Shown piece after piece: positions 40,841 through 51,220 of a stretch of 52,042 bases of DNA. The notes under the pieces were generated by a model. The model ran no database searches, was not told the DNA's origin, and saw nothing but the letters and a program-made list of their open reading frames with translations. The position numbers and the translations under genes are program-made. The stretch lies in the NCBI GenBank assembly GCA_041571435.1, contig JBFFUI010000012.1:1-52042 (forward strand), in the 5' to 3' direction. This DNA is from Sulfurimonadaceae bacterium. Its GTDB lineage: Bacteria > Campylobacterota > Campylobacteria > Campylobacterales > Sulfurimonadaceae. Every line of letters begins with the position of its first letter. Within the stretch, counting starts at the first letter, position 1.

Positions 40841-41272
40841 ATGGTGCAGATAAGTTGGTATGAAGGGCTTGAGAACTTTATGTGTACCGTGCAGAGCAGC
40901 GACGCGGTGCTGTCGGGTTTTTTTACGGTCAGGGAGTGGAGCTTTGTCCGCGCCATCTTTGAAGCGGTGGTTAGTGAAGCCGATGTCCATCTTGACGACA
41001 GAGGCTTCGTTTTTAAAGGCGACAGCGTTGAGATCTATACGCCGGAAGGCGAGACATCGCTCGGCAAGCAGCTTTTTTTCAGCCTGGTTGATAGACTCTA
41101 CAACGTGCTGATCGACGGGGCCAACGAAGATCATCACAATGTGCGGTTTGAACCCTGGTGGCAGGCGTTCATCGAAACGGCATTTATACTTCAGCAGCGC
41201 TGCAAAGCGGCTGCACTGATGGAAGAGGAGAAGATCATGACGCTGCACCTCTCCCAAAAAGAGAAGAGCTGA
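40841..41272 (+). CDS. Hypothetical protein
   Basis: 143-aa ORF with 2-3 nt gaps to its neighbours. Confidence 0.7.
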   Translation: MVQISWYEGLENFMCTVQSSDAVLSGFFTVREWSFVRAIFEAVVSEADVHLDDRGFVFKGDSVEIYTPEGETSLGKQLFFSLVDRLYNVLIDGANEDHHNVRFEPWWQAFIETAFILQQRCKAAALMEEEKIMTLHLSQKEKS

Positions 41273-41275
41273 GAT

Positions 41276-41962
41276 ATGGGCGCATCCAGACGCAACGAAG
41301 TCAAAGCCGCTCGGGCAAGGTGCTACTCCTGTTACCGCCCTCTGAGCTCCTGTATGTGCAAACATGTCAACCCCATAGAGACGAAGACGAAGTTCGTTAT
41401 CCTGATGCACCCCAAAGAGTTCCAGAAGGTCAAAAATGGCACCGGCCATCTCACCCATCTCTCGCTGCCCAACTCGGAACTCTACGTCGGTGTCGACTTT
41501 AGAGAAGATGCACGCATCAACGCGCTGATAGATGACTGTGAAAACCTCTGCTATGTGCTCTATCCGGATGCGAACAGCCACAACCTCAATGAGCAGAAGA
41601 TAGAGCGTGCTGGTAGACAGGTCGTTATCTTCATCATCGACGCGACATGGAGTACGGCGCAGAAACTGCTCAAGGTCTCGACCAACCTGCAAGCGCTGCC
41701 GAAACTCAGTTTTACCCACACCAAAAGCTCGCAGTTTCAGATCAAGCAGCAGCCGGAAGATTACTGCCTCTCGACAATAGAGTCGACCTTGACGATACTG
41801 GAGCTTTTAAACGCACACAAGATGGAGTGTATAGCGAACGAGGCATTTGAGCACTTTTTGGACCCGTTCAAGGCGATGATAGCGTATCAGATAGGGTGTA
41901 TATCGGCATCCAGAAGCAGTCACAAAAATGCCGTGCGGTTTAAAAAGAGAGAAGAGGTCTAA
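41276..41962 (+). CDS. DTW-domain tRNA-uridine aminocarboxypropyltransferase (TapT/TuaA-like)
   Basis: CYSC..CMC, LMHPKE, NGTG, IDATW, LSTIES. Confidence 0.88.
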   Translation: MGASRRNEVKAARARCYSCYRPLSSCMCKHVNPIETKTKFVILMHPKEFQKVKNGTGHLTHLSLPNSELYVGVDFREDARINALIDDCENLCYVLYPDANSHNLNEQKIERAGRQVVIFIIDATWSTAQKLLKVSTNLQALPKLSFTHTKSSQFQIKQQPEDYCLSTIESTLTILELLNAHKMECIANEAFEHFLDPFKAMIAYQIGCISASRSSHKNAVRFKKREEV

Positions 41963-42177
41963 AGCTCCTCTTCGCCCTCGATCTCACCGAAGAGGTCTGA
42001 AGCGTCTACCATCTTTTCCGCTTTTTTAAACTGCTCCTCTTCGATCTTGGCGTACTCTTCTTCGACAAACTCGATAAACTCTTCGATATCGATCTCTTCT
42101 CTGTAGATCTTTTTATAATAGCCGCAGATCTTGATGAACTCGTCAGAGCAGCCGTACTCTTTTAATCTTTTTTCCAT
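41959..42177 (-). CDS. Small, very acidic hypothetical protein
   Basis: 72 aa, E-rich, SD AGGA, 2 nt from its upstream partner. Confidence 0.65.
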   Translation of the reverse strand: MEKRLKEYGCSDEFIKICGYYKKIYREEIDIEEFIEFVEEEYAKIEEEQFKKAEKMVDASDLFGEIEGEEEL

Positions 42178-42179
42178 AC

Positions 42180-42398
42180 TTATACGTTTTCCTTTTTCAC
42201 AAAGAGGTGAAGATAGCCGAAATAGTGGAGAAGCTTGAGGTTCTTTTCGATGTCAATAGCGCTGCCAAGTGTTTCAAAGTAGCTGCGCAGGGCCTTGTCA
42301 TCATAGTCCCCGAGAAAGCGTAAGTCTTGACGCCCTTCTTTTGAGAGGTATATAATGTGGTGGGTCGGGGTACTGTTGTCTTCTATCCATATTTTCAT
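42180..42398 (-). CDS. Small hypothetical protein
   Basis: 72-aa ORF in tandem with 41959-42177. Confidence 0.6.
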   Translation of the reverse strand: MKIWIEDNSTPTHHIIYLSKEGRQDLRFLGDYDDKALRSYFETLGSAIDIEKNLKLLHYFGYLHLFVKKENV

Positions 42399-42470
42399 AA
42401 AGCGTATTTTAACAGATAAACTTGGCAGATTTATAATGCAAATACTATAATAGTCTATAGAAGGCAGATT

Positions 42471-43199
42471 ATGAAAAATATAGTGATGTTATTGTACCTA
42501 ATGGTGAGTGTTCTGGCGGCGGATGAAGCCCACGATATCATGAAGAAGATCGACAACAACATGCGCGGTCAGAACATCTACATGCAGATGAAGATGACCA
42601 TTACATCGATGGGGCATACGCGGACGATGCGGATCCAGACCTGGGCCAAAGGGACGAAGAAAAGTTTTGTCAAGACCATCTACCCGCCCAAAGACAAGGG
42701 GATCACATTTTTGAGCCTGGACAACCAGATGTGGCAGTACGTACCGAAGATCGAACGTATCATCAAGATACCGCCGTCGATGATGCTGCAAAACTGGATG
42801 GGCTCCGACATCACCAATGACGACATGGTCAAGCAGAGCTCGATCGTCGAGGATTACGACCCTAAGATCCTGAAAAAAGAGGGGAGTGTCGTTACAATCG
42901 AGCTGACACCTAAAGAAGACGCCGCCGTCGTCTGGGGAAAGATCATCTCCCGCATCGACACGACGACCTACACCAGTCAAAAGGATATATTCTATGACGA
43001 AGAGGGTAAAGAGGTCCGGGTCTTTTATTATGAAGGCGTCAAAAAATACGGACAGTACTATATGCCAACCTACTGGAGGCTCCAGCCGAGCGACAAGCCC
43101 GACAACCGAACCGAGATCTTCCTTGAAGAGGTCAAATATGACCGGGATATCTCTGAGCAGTATTTTCAAAAAAGCGCTCTTAAAAGGTTCTCGCGCTGA
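42471..43199 (+). CDS. Outer-membrane lipoprotein-sorting (LolA-like) protein
   Basis: Signal peptide, KGITFL, MWQYVPKIERIIKIP, WMGSDITNDD. Confidence 0.85.
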   Translation: MKNIVMLLYLMVSVLAADEAHDIMKKIDNNMRGQNIYMQMKMTITSMGHTRTMRIQTWAKGTKKSFVKTIYPPKDKGITFLSLDNQMWQYVPKIERIIKIPPSMMLQNWMGSDITNDDMVKQSSIVEDYDPKILKKEGSVVTIELTPKEDAAVVWGKIISRIDTTTYTSQKDIFYDEEGKEVRVFYYEGVKKYGQYYMPTYWRLQPSDKPDNRTEIFLEEVKYDRDISEQYFQKSALKRFSR

Positions 43200-44416
43200 T
43201 GTTCAGACTTGCCATTAAGAATATCCTGTTTTACAAGGGGCGCTCGATCACCACGTTTGTGCTGACCTTTATCTCCGCACTCTTTTTCATCGTCTATGTC
43301 GCGATGATGGACGGTTCGCACAACTCGATGCTGCAAAATGCACTTAAAGTCTACACGGGTGCCATCGAGATCTATAAGAAAGGGTACCGTGACATCGGCG
43401 GCAACGAGTACCTCGTTACCGATGTCAGAGCGATAGAAGCGAAGCTGGAGAAGATAGAAGGCATCGCTGCCTACACCTCCCGCTATGAGACCTACGGGCT
43501 GCTCTCCGCCGGCGACCAGTCCGCGGCGGCGATGGTGGCTGGTGTCAACCCTGACAAAGAGAAGGGCATCAGCGAATTGGAAGTGGCGCTTATAGAAGGG
43601 GAATATCTATCTCAAAACGCCGGTAACTGCCTCTATGCCGGTGTCGATCTTGTCAAGAAACTTCAGGTCCGAATAGGGGACGAGATCAGTTTTATCGGCG
43701 GTGCCAGCGACAACTCGTTTGCGGCGGATATCTTCAAACTCTGCGGCGTCTTTAAAACGGGTTCGTTTGAATTTGACGCATCGGCATCATTTGTTGCCCG
43801 TAGCTATTTTGACACGTTGATGTATGCCGATAACAAGGCCTCGTACATCACCATGAAACTTGATGACGTCAACAGAGCAGACGAGGTCAATGCCGCCATC
43901 TCAAAAGTGATCGACGGCGACTACGAGAGCGTGACATGGAAGACGCTGATGTCGGCAATGGTCGAAGCGATGGAGGTTGACAGCGTCTTTGGCTACATCA
44001 GTATGTCGCTCTTTTTTGTGGTGATCTTTTTTGTGGTGATGATCTACGGTTTCATCAACGCCAGCTCACGGGTAAGAGAGTTCGGGACACTGCGCTGTAT
44101 CGGCCTGTCACGTGCCAACATACGGGCGCTGCTCTTTTACGAGATATTTATCCTCTCGACGGCAGCGATCCTGCTTGCCGGGCCGATCGGTGCCGGCATC
44201 AACTACTATTTCAGCGTCTACCCCATCGTCATCCCGGGGATCAGCGAGACCTACAAGGATTACGGCATCGTTTCGGACGAGATCCCATTCGATTTCAATC
44301 TCTTTACGATCAGCTGGAATATTGCGGTGATTTATCTGCTCAATTTTATAAGCATTATCTATCCGGTCAGTTATATCAACGCGTTTAAACCCATAGAGGC
44401 GACAAGACATGTATAG
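43199..44416 (+). CDS. ABC transporter permease (FtsX/LolE-like)
   Basis: One TM, large periplasmic domain, three TM; RVREFGTLRCIG. Confidence 0.88.
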   Translation: MFRLAIKNILFYKGRSITTFVLTFISALFFIVYVAMMDGSHNSMLQNALKVYTGAIEIYKKGYRDIGGNEYLVTDVRAIEAKLEKIEGIAAYTSRYETYGLLSAGDQSAAAMVAGVNPDKEKGISELEVALIEGEYLSQNAGNCLYAGVDLVKKLQVRIGDEISFIGGASDNSFAADIFKLCGVFKTGSFEFDASASFVARSYFDTLMYADNKASYITMKLDDVNRADEVNAAISKVIDGDYESVTWKTLMSAMVEAMEVDSVFGYISMSLFFVVIFFVVMIYGFINASSRVREFGTLRCIGLSRANIRALLFYEIFILSTAAILLAGPIGAGINYYFSVYPIVIPGISETYKDYGIVSDEIPFDFNLFTISWNIAVIYLLNFISIIYPVSYINAFKPIEATRHV

Positions 44417-45620
44417 CGTTATCGTAAAACTGGCGTGGAACAATGCGTTTTTACGGCTTCGTCGTACGTTGCTGGTCATCATCATGATCGCGGTGAGTAT
44501 GAGTATGATGCTTAGTCTGCAGGGGATCTACGACGGTATGGTCATCAACATGGTGGACAAGACCATACGCAGTGACAGCGGTGATCTCAGTATCTACAAC
44601 CCCGGCTACCGCCTGGATAAAGTCCTCAAAAACAGCATCAAAGGTGCTGACAGGATCAAAGCAGAACTTGAGGCTCGTCGGGATGTCGATGCGGTCGTTA
44701 CGCGCTTCAGCGTGGAGGGACTGAGTTCCACGGCGCACAAATCCTCCTTTTCTGCCATCATCGGTATCGACCTGGATGATGAGGAGCGTTTCGGTCAATT
44801 TAGCGACTTTTTAAAAGAGGGCGAGATCAGTTTTGCAAAGCGTGGGGCGATTATCGGCAGTGAACTGGCAAAAACACTGAAGATACATATCGGTTCAAAA
44901 GTGATCTTCACGACCCAAGACAGCAGCGGTGACATCAACGCTATCGCGGTCAGGATAAGAGGTATTGTCCAGACCACCAACATTATTCTCGACGGTTCGG
45001 CACTCTATATCGACAACAAGCGGTTGCACGACTTTTTGGGCGTCGGCGAAGATGAAGCCACCCAGATCGCGATCAGGACAGAGTCCAAGAGCCTGCAGCA
45101 GGAACTTCAGAAGGCGTATGGATCACTCAACGTGCAGAACCTGATGGAGCTCACCCCGATGCTAAAGATGATGGAGGATATGATGGTCATCTTCAACTCC
45201 ATCACCTTCGGGATCGTGATGATGGTGGTTTTCATCGGCATACTCGGCGTAATGTATGTCTCCATACTCGACCGTATCCGGGAGTTCGGTATCATGCGCG
45301 GTATCGGCATGCCGTTCAGGCTCATACGCCTGCAGATTCTGTTGGAAGCGCTTTTTGTCGGCCTGCTGGGGTATCTGGCCGGTGCTGTGCTGGGTGTAGC
45401 GGCACTGCTCTATCTCCAATATTTCGGTCTGGACATGAGCGCCTGGGCAGATGGCTTGGAGAGCTTCGGGTACGAATCGGTCATCTATGCCCACATGGAG
45501 ATCAGCTACTTTACAAACACCTTTTTAGCGATCATCGCGGCATCGCTCTTAAGCGTTCTATTGCCGCTTAGAAAGATAAAAAAACTCAACCCTATAGAGG
45601 TCATAAAGGCAGAGACATGA
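44409..45620 (+). CDS. ABC transporter permease (FtsX/LolE-like)
   Basis: RRTLL, SILDRIREFGIMRGIG, LNPIEVI. Confidence 0.88.
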   Translation: MYSVIVKLAWNNAFLRLRRTLLVIIMIAVSMSMMLSLQGIYDGMVINMVDKTIRSDSGDLSIYNPGYRLDKVLKNSIKGADRIKAELEARRDVDAVVTRFSVEGLSSTAHKSSFSAIIGIDLDDEERFGQFSDFLKEGEISFAKRGAIIGSELAKTLKIHIGSKVIFTTQDSSGDINAIAVRIRGIVQTTNIILDGSALYIDNKRLHDFLGVGEDEATQIAIRTESKSLQQELQKAYGSLNVQNLMELTPMLKMMEDMMVIFNSITFGIVMMVVFIGILGVMYVSILDRIREFGIMRGIGMPFRLIRLQILLEALFVGLLGYLAGAVLGVAALLYLQYFGLDMSAWADGLESFGYESVIYAHMEISYFTNTFLAIIAASLLSVLLPLRKIKKLNPIEVIKAET

Positions 45621-46288
45621 TAAAACTCGAAAATGTAGAGAAGTATTTCTACCGGGGCGAACCCAGAGAGGTCCATGCACTCAGAGAGATAAACCTGACT
45701 ATCGAAAAGGGGGAGTTTACACTCTTCAACGGTCCTTCAGGGTGCGGAAAAACGACGCTTCTCAATGCCATCGGCGCGCTTGACGATGTGGACAGCGGCA
45801 GTGTCTATCTCGACAACAAAGACATTGCACGTCTCGACGAGAAGGCGCGGACAAAGCTGCGGCTCAACGAGATGGGCTTTGTCTTTCAGGCCTATAATCT
45901 AGTGCCGGTACTCACCGTAAGCGAGAACATCAGTTTCATCATGAAGCTGCGGGGATTCAGTGAACAAGAGATCAGTGACAGGGTGCTTGAAGTCGCCTCC
46001 ATGCTCGAGATAGACAACAAGCTCGATGCTCTTCCCAACACTCTCAGCGGCGGCCAGCAGCAGCGCGTTGCCGTGGCCCGGGCGGTCGCGGCAAAGCCCA
46101 AGATCATTCTGGCAGATGAGCCGACGGCCAACCTTGACTCCAAAAACTCGACGGCCTTGATGGAGATGATGCGTTCGCTCAATGAAAAAGAGGGTGTGAC
46201 GATCCTCTTCGCCTCGCATGATGATTATGTCGTCGAGAGCGTCCGGCGCATTGTCAAGATGAACGACGGGGCAATCGTTGAGAGTTAA
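45617..46288 (+). CDS. ABC transporter ATP-binding protein (LolD-like)
   Basis: [27 protein letters not shown]. Confidence 0.93.
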   Translation: MIKLENVEKYFYRGEPREVHALREINLTIEKGEFTLFNGPSGCGKTTLLNAIGALDDVDSGSVYLDNKDIARLDEKARTKLRLNEMGFVFQAYNLVPVLTVSENISFIMKLRGFSEQEISDRVLEVASMLEIDNKLDALPNTLSGGQQQRVAVARAVAAKPKIILADEPTANLDSKNSTALMEMMRSLNEKEGVTILFASHDDYVVESVRRIVKMNDGAIVES

Positions 46289-47444
46289 CAAGGCACTCGT
46301 TCTTCTGGCGACAACGGCCCTGCCGCTGTTGGCGGATTTTGACTATACCGTTACCAACACCAACTTTACGATCTCCCAGCCCTCAGTTTTTCCGGGTGAA
46401 AGTACGAGCTACCTCTACAACTACAACCGTCTGCGCTTGCGCAGCGACTACACCAACGGCGGTTTGTTTGTGACCTTTATCGGCGACGGGGTGAACTATC
46501 TGGTCGAGGATTATGTTACGAGTCCTTCGTTTGCGTACATCAAAGCGCTGTCGTCCGACACCCCGTTCAAAACAGAGACCTCCTTTTACGACTATGACAG
46601 CGGGACAATCTACGCAAAACTCTACCGTCTCTATGCGGGGTATGAAGATGCGGACAACCGGGCGGTGGCCGGCCTCATCAACGTCACCATGGGGGTAGGG
46701 CACATCTGGACGCCGACCAACCTCTTCAACCCGCGCAACACCTACGCTCTGGAGCCGGATGAAGTCTACGGGGTCGCCGGCCTCTCCTATACACGTCATC
46801 TATCCAGCACCTCAGACCTGACGGTCGTCGCCAGCCAGAAAGCGGACGACAGTTTCAAGTATGCCGCCAGCCTTAAAGCCTTTTTGGAACTGGGTGACGT
46901 CGCGGCCAATGTGGTCAGTTCTGACGAGACAATGATGGTGGGCTACGAGATCGAAGGGAACCTGGGCGACACCGGCATCGAGGTGCGCAGCGAAGGGGCC
47001 TACATCAAAAACAACAGCCTCTACCGGGACGTCAACAAGACCCAACGGGAAGGTGTTGCATTTTTCCAGGGCATTGTCGGAGCCGATTACGGGTTTGAAA
47101 ACGGCATTACCGTCGTGGGTGAAGCACTCTACAGTTCAGAGAAGTTCACCTATAACGAGATACTCTCAAATATCGATTCGGAGATCGTTTCCAACCTTGT
47201 CTACTCCAGGTTCTATATGGCGGCAACAGTGAGCTATGCGTTTAACCTCTTTTTGGACGGCTCGCTTCTCTATATAGAGAGTTTTAACGAGCAGAACTCC
47301 CGTTTTGTCTCACCTACGTTGACCTACACGTTCAACGACTACAACAGTTTTACGCTCGGTGCAATGCTGCAAAATGGTCCTGCCGGAAGTGAATTCGGGT
47401 CGTTCGGAAATACCTATTACTTCAGATACTCCCTCTCATTTTAG
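46278..47444 (+). CDS. Putative outer-membrane beta-barrel protein
   Basis: Signal peptide, GVGHIWTPTNLFNP, C-terminal YYFRYSLSF beta-signal. Confidence 0.7.
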   Translation: MRVNKALVLLATTALPLLADFDYTVTNTNFTISQPSVFPGESTSYLYNYNRLRLRSDYTNGGLFVTFIGDGVNYLVEDYVTSPSFAYIKALSSDTPFKTETSFYDYDSGTIYAKLYRLYAGYEDADNRAVAGLINVTMGVGHIWTPTNLFNPRNTYALEPDEVYGVAGLSYTRHLSSTSDLTVVASQKADDSFKYAASLKAFLELGDVAANVVSSDETMMVGYEIEGNLGDTGIEVRSEGAYIKNNSLYRDVNKTQREGVAFFQGIVGADYGFENGITVVGEALYSSEKFTYNEILSNIDSEIVSNLVYSRFYMAATVSYAFNLFLDGSLLYIESFNEQNSRFVSPTLTYTFNDYNSFTLGAMLQNGPAGSEFGSFGNTYYFRYSLSF

Positions 47445-47644
47445 TACCATAGCGTGCTCTCGGACATAAAAGTCATATACCTGATGACAATGCGAGTTAT
47501 TAGAAAACCCACCAAAATTTATCTAAATCACCGCTGATCATGACCTTTTTCAAAACAATATAGAAGATTTTAGATAGTTTTAATAAGGATTGATTTAAAA
47601 TCGATGAATTTGGTTTTTTATTACCAAAATTAAACAGGGTATTT

Positions 47645-49324
47645 ATGTCTTTAAAAAAATTTAACATCTATGTCATCCTTATCGCCCTGACCATTATGAC
47701 GCTCTTTTATCTCTACATCGCGAAACTGCTTGAAGAAAACATTGACGTGCAGGTCAAAAACAGTGTCCGTGCTTCATCGCTGGAGATGCGCCAACAGCTG
47801 TTGAACAACGTCAATACGCTGATGCAGCGTTTTGAACACTATCAAGAGATAAGTCTCAAAAAGCTTGAGCATGTCTCCCGTGTGATAAGCGAGGAAACAA
47901 CAGATGCAGAGCTGGCGGCCCTGGCCCGCTCGATCAATACCGATGTCTATGACGGCCACTATGAGATCTTCATCATCGATGACGATAAAGTTATCAAAAA
48001 AAGTACGTCTTATGGTTATCTCGGACTTGACTACAAAGCGTACTCATATTTTTCAAAAGAGCTGGATCTGCTAAAATCGGGTGATATTGCGTACAAGATC
48101 TCTGCGCCGACTTTTGACGAGTATGCTTTAGACATCGCACAAAATTACATCGCGAGTGCAGGAGATGAACAGTGGGTCATGGTCGCCTTTGTCCTGCCGT
48201 TTAGCGAATATGTCAACTATAAAACAGAAGGGCTGAAAGAGCTTTTCCCCGCCCTGCAGAGCCTTAGCCTCTATATCCTGACCTATGACAACATTCAATA
48301 CATCAACAACAAAGCCGAAAAATCAAAAGACTTTACCAGTCAGATGGAGAAGAACGAGCATTATGCAGCGATGATCATGGAGGACCTCGGACTGGTCCAA
48401 TCTTCTGATAGTTCGGAGATACAGTCCATAGCCGCAAACTTTGCAGAACACAATGTGGCATTGACGCACGATGAAGCAAAAAGAGAGAGTGGTGTCTACT
48501 CTCTGATCGCAAGCAGTTTTGAAAACACCGCAGACGACTTTATGCTGATCGCAAAAGCCGAGTTTGACCAGAACGCTTACCTGAGTGAGTATGCCCATCT
48601 TAAAGAGTTGCTCTATCTCTTCATCACAATGATCTATCTCTTTTTGCTTATCGCTTTTACGCTGATGTACAAGACGGTGATCAAGAAGATTACCGGTATC
48701 GAAAAACAGATGCATGTTGATGAACCTATTGTCATAGATGGATTTCTTTTCAGCGAATTCAGCTACTTCCTTGAGCGTTATAACACCTTTTTGCTGCACT
48801 GGAAAGAGGAGGTCAGCCGTCTTAACAATATTACGATGCAGGATGAGTTGACAAAATGTGCCAATCGCCGTTACTTTAACCAGATGATGAAAAGCCAGAT
48901 TGAACTGTACGATCGCTACCGTAAGGAATTTTCGATGATCATGTTTGATATTGATGATTTCAAGGCCATCAACGATATTTACGGTCATATCAAAGGGGAT
49001 GATGTTCTTTGTAAACTGGCCGCCGACGTGAATGCACAGCTGCGTGGGAGTGATATACTGTTTCGTATAGGGGGCGAAGAGTTTGCCATTATTCTGCCCG
49101 AAACAAACCTTGAAAGCGCGCTGTTCGTTGCAGAAAAGATACGCAAAAAGATCGAGAACGGGAGCTATATCAAAAATAGAAGAGTGACGATCAGTCTCGG
49201 AGCGGACAGTTATCATCCCGCGTATGATTTTGAAACGTTTTACTCGACGGTCGACGGTTTCCTTTACAAGTCGAAGCACAGCGGTAAGAACTGTGTCAAC
49301 AGCAGTATCAGTCTTAGCTCATAA
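47645..49324 (+). CDS. GGDEF diguanylate cyclase with periplasmic sensor domain
   Basis: Two TM helices flank a periplasmic domain; DELTKCANR, DIDDFKAIND.YGH, RIGGEEF. Confidence 0.92.
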   Translation: MSLKKFNIYVILIALTIMTLFYLYIAKLLEENIDVQVKNSVRASSLEMRQQLLNNVNTLMQRFEHYQEISLKKLEHVSRVISEETTDAELAALARSINTDVYDGHYEIFIIDDDKVIKKSTSYGYLGLDYKAYSYFSKELDLLKSGDIAYKISAPTFDEYALDIAQNYIASAGDEQWVMVAFVLPFSEYVNYKTEGLKELFPALQSLSLYILTYDNIQYINNKAEKSKDFTSQMEKNEHYAAMIMEDLGLVQSSDSSEIQSIAANFAEHNVALTHDEAKRESGVYSLIASSFENTADDFMLIAKAEFDQNAYLSEYAHLKELLYLFITMIYLFLLIAFTLMYKTVIKKITGIEKQMHVDEPIVIDGFLFSEFSYFLERYNTFLLHWKEEVSRLNNITMQDELTKCANRRYFNQMMKSQIELYDRYRKEFSMIMFDIDDFKAINDIYGHIKGDDVLCKLAADVNAQLRGSDILFRIGGEEFAIILPETNLESALFVAEKIRKKIENGSYIKNRRVTISLGADSYHPAYDFETFYSTVDGFLYKSKHSGKNCVNSSISLSS

Positions 49325-49411
49325 ATTCTGCTAAACAGGTTATAATCGCGTTAATAAACGTCCGAGGTTATAGCTATCAAACAGCAAAGCAAAAGCATCT
49401 TCTATCTTCTT

Positions 49412-49762
49412 TTGACACTTCTCAAAGAGATCACTATTATCTTGGGGATATATGCTGCAGGTGAGGGTGCAGCCTACCTGCTCAACACCGGATTTCCCGG
49501 CAGTGTCATCGGGATGCTGCTGCTGCTTGCAGCACTGCACCTGAGATGGATCAAAGTCGATGATATCCGTCTTGTCTCCTCTTTTCTGTTGGGTTATATG
49601 CCTCTCTTCTTCATTCCTGCCGGTGTCAGTGTGATGGTCACTTACACCTTGATGGAGGGGTTCTACCTGCAGATTATCGCCATCACGCTTCTCTCGACCG
49701 TTCTGGTCATGGCCTTGACAGCTGTTTTGGTACAGTACTTTGTGCGAAAGGAGAAGTCGTAA
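49412..49762 (+). CDS. CidA/LrgA family holin-like protein
   Basis: FPGSVIGMLLL, MPLFFIPAGV; start codon uncertain. Confidence 0.9.
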   Translation: MTLLKEITIILGIYAAGEGAAYLLNTGFPGSVIGMLLLLAALHLRWIKVDDIRLVSSFLLGYMPLFFIPAGVSVMVTYTLMEGFYLQIIAITLLSTVLVMALTAVLVQYFVRKEKS

Positions 49763-50442
49763 TGACAATCCTTTTCGGTTTAGCTCTGACGCTTGTAGTG
49801 GGTATTTTAGCGCTCTATCTTAAGTCAAAAGTCGCCTGGAACCTATTTAACCCGATGCTGTTCAGCATCCTACTGATCATCGCGGTACTGGTCATGTTTG
49901 ACATTCCCTATGAAAGCTATGCCTCCGGCGGCGATCTTATCCTCAAGATGCTGGGGCCCATCACCGTTGTGTTGGCCGTACCGCTCTATCAGCATCACGA
50001 CAAGTTGAAGCGGCACGCTTTGGCGATCATTTTGGGAGTCATACTGGGCGCGCTCTCGGCCTTGGTGTCGGTCTATCTCTTCTCGCTGTCCGCCGGTCTC
50101 GACACGACACTGATGAAGTCGCTGCTGCCGCGTTCCATCACCACGCCGATCGGTATCGCCTCCTCAGAGATGATAGACGGACTGGTGGGACTTACGGTAC
50201 TCTCCATCGTCATCACGGGAACCTTCGGTGCCATCATCGCCGACTGGGTGTTCAAACGCTTCAACATAGACGACCCTATCGCCAAAGGGGTCGCACTGGG
50301 TACCAGCGCCCACGCTATCGGAACGGGCAGGGCATTTGAGTATGGTACGCTCGAAGGTGCCATGAGCGGTCTCTCCATCGCTATAGCGGGTGTCGCTACG
50401 ATTGTGTGGCTGCTTCTATTTCAGTTTTTAGGATTCATATGA
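49762..50442 (+). CDS. LrgB family protein
   Basis: LGPITVVLAVPLY, PRSITTPI, GTSAHAIGT. Confidence 0.92.
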   Translation: MTILFGLALTLVVGILALYLKSKVAWNLFNPMLFSILLIIAVLVMFDIPYESYASGGDLILKMLGPITVVLAVPLYQHHDKLKRHALAIILGVILGALSALVSVYLFSLSAGLDTTLMKSLLPRSITTPIGIASSEMIDGLVGLTVLSIVITGTFGAIIADWVFKRFNIDDPIAKGVALGTSAHAIGTGRAFEYGTLEGAMSGLSIAIAGVATIVWLLLFQFLGFI

Positions 50443-51050
50443 TGCATGCGGTTTTACTCAATGATGTCACGTTTACTCCCTCAAAGGTCGTCTGCATCGG
50501 CCGGAACTATGTCGAGCACATCGAGGAGCTGGGCAACGAAGTGCCGTCATCGATGGTGGTCTTCAACAAGCCCAACTCGGCCATCAGCGACACGCTGCAC
50601 TACATCAGCGAGGATTGCCGTTTTGAAGGGGAGATCTGTTTTCTTGTCAAAAGAGGGGAGCTGTATGGCGTCGGCTTCGGACTTGACCTGACCAAAGCCG
50701 ACGTACAGAACCATCTCAAGGCCAAAGGGCTGCCGTGGGAACGTGCCAAAGGTTTTGACCGCTCGGCAGTGCTGAGTGACTTCACCGTGCTGGATGCGCC
50801 TCTGGAGACCCTCCGCATGACGCTACACATCAACGATAAACTGGTCCAGTTCGCGAACTACGATCTGATGATCTACAAACCGCAGCCAATGCTCGAAGAG
50901 ATAAAGAATTTCATGAGCCTCGAAGATGGCGACATCATTATGAGCGGTACCCCGAAAGGGGTTGCAACCTACAACAGAGGCGACCGCTTCCTCGGCCACG
51001 TCTACTCTGACGACAGACTGCTTGTGGAAAAAGAGTGGATGGCGCAGTAG
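50439..51050 (+). CDS. Fumarylacetoacetate hydrolase family protein
   Basis: KVVCIGRNY..H..ELGN, FEGEI, GLDLT, WERAKGFD, SGTPKGV; ATGA overlap with lrgB. Confidence 0.92.
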   Translation: MMHAVLLNDVTFTPSKVVCIGRNYVEHIEELGNEVPSSMVVFNKPNSAISDTLHYISEDCRFEGEICFLVKRGELYGVGFGLDLTKADVQNHLKAKGLPWERAKGFDRSAVLSDFTVLDAPLETLRMTLHINDKLVQFANYDLMIYKPQPMLEEIKNFMSLEDGDIIMSGTPKGVATYNRGDRFLGHVYSDDRLLVEKEWMAQ

Positions 51051-51070
51051 AACGCAGCAGTACTACTTTG

Positions 51071-51187
51071 CTATTTTTTGCTGAAAAGGTATTTGAAAAA
51101 GGCGAGGATACCGCCGATAAGAAAAAGGATCACCAGCAGCCATAGCAGCTCTATTCCCCAGCCGTGCATTCCGCTATCATGCCACAT
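51071..51187 (-). CDS. 38-aa single-pass membrane peptide (not in the ORF track)
   Basis: MWHDSGMHGWGIELLWLLVILFLIGGILAFFKYLFSKK* with a strong SD AAGGAGG. Confidence 0.7.
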   Translation of the reverse strand: MWHDSGMHGWGIELLWLLVILFLIGGILAFFKYLFSKK

Positions 51188-51220
51188 AGAGACCTCCTTT
51201 TGCAGGCCACAGCCTGCGTT

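Noticed and set aside
42421-42440. Sigma54-like TTGGCA...TGCA promoter
   Set aside because: The GG-to-GC spacing is 12 nt rather than the required 10.
28879-49279. Long antisense ORFs (e.g. 28879-29835, 34676-35431, 40700-41719, 42498-43169, 48323-49279)
   Set aside because: They are shadows of well-supported sense genes and show no motifs of their own.
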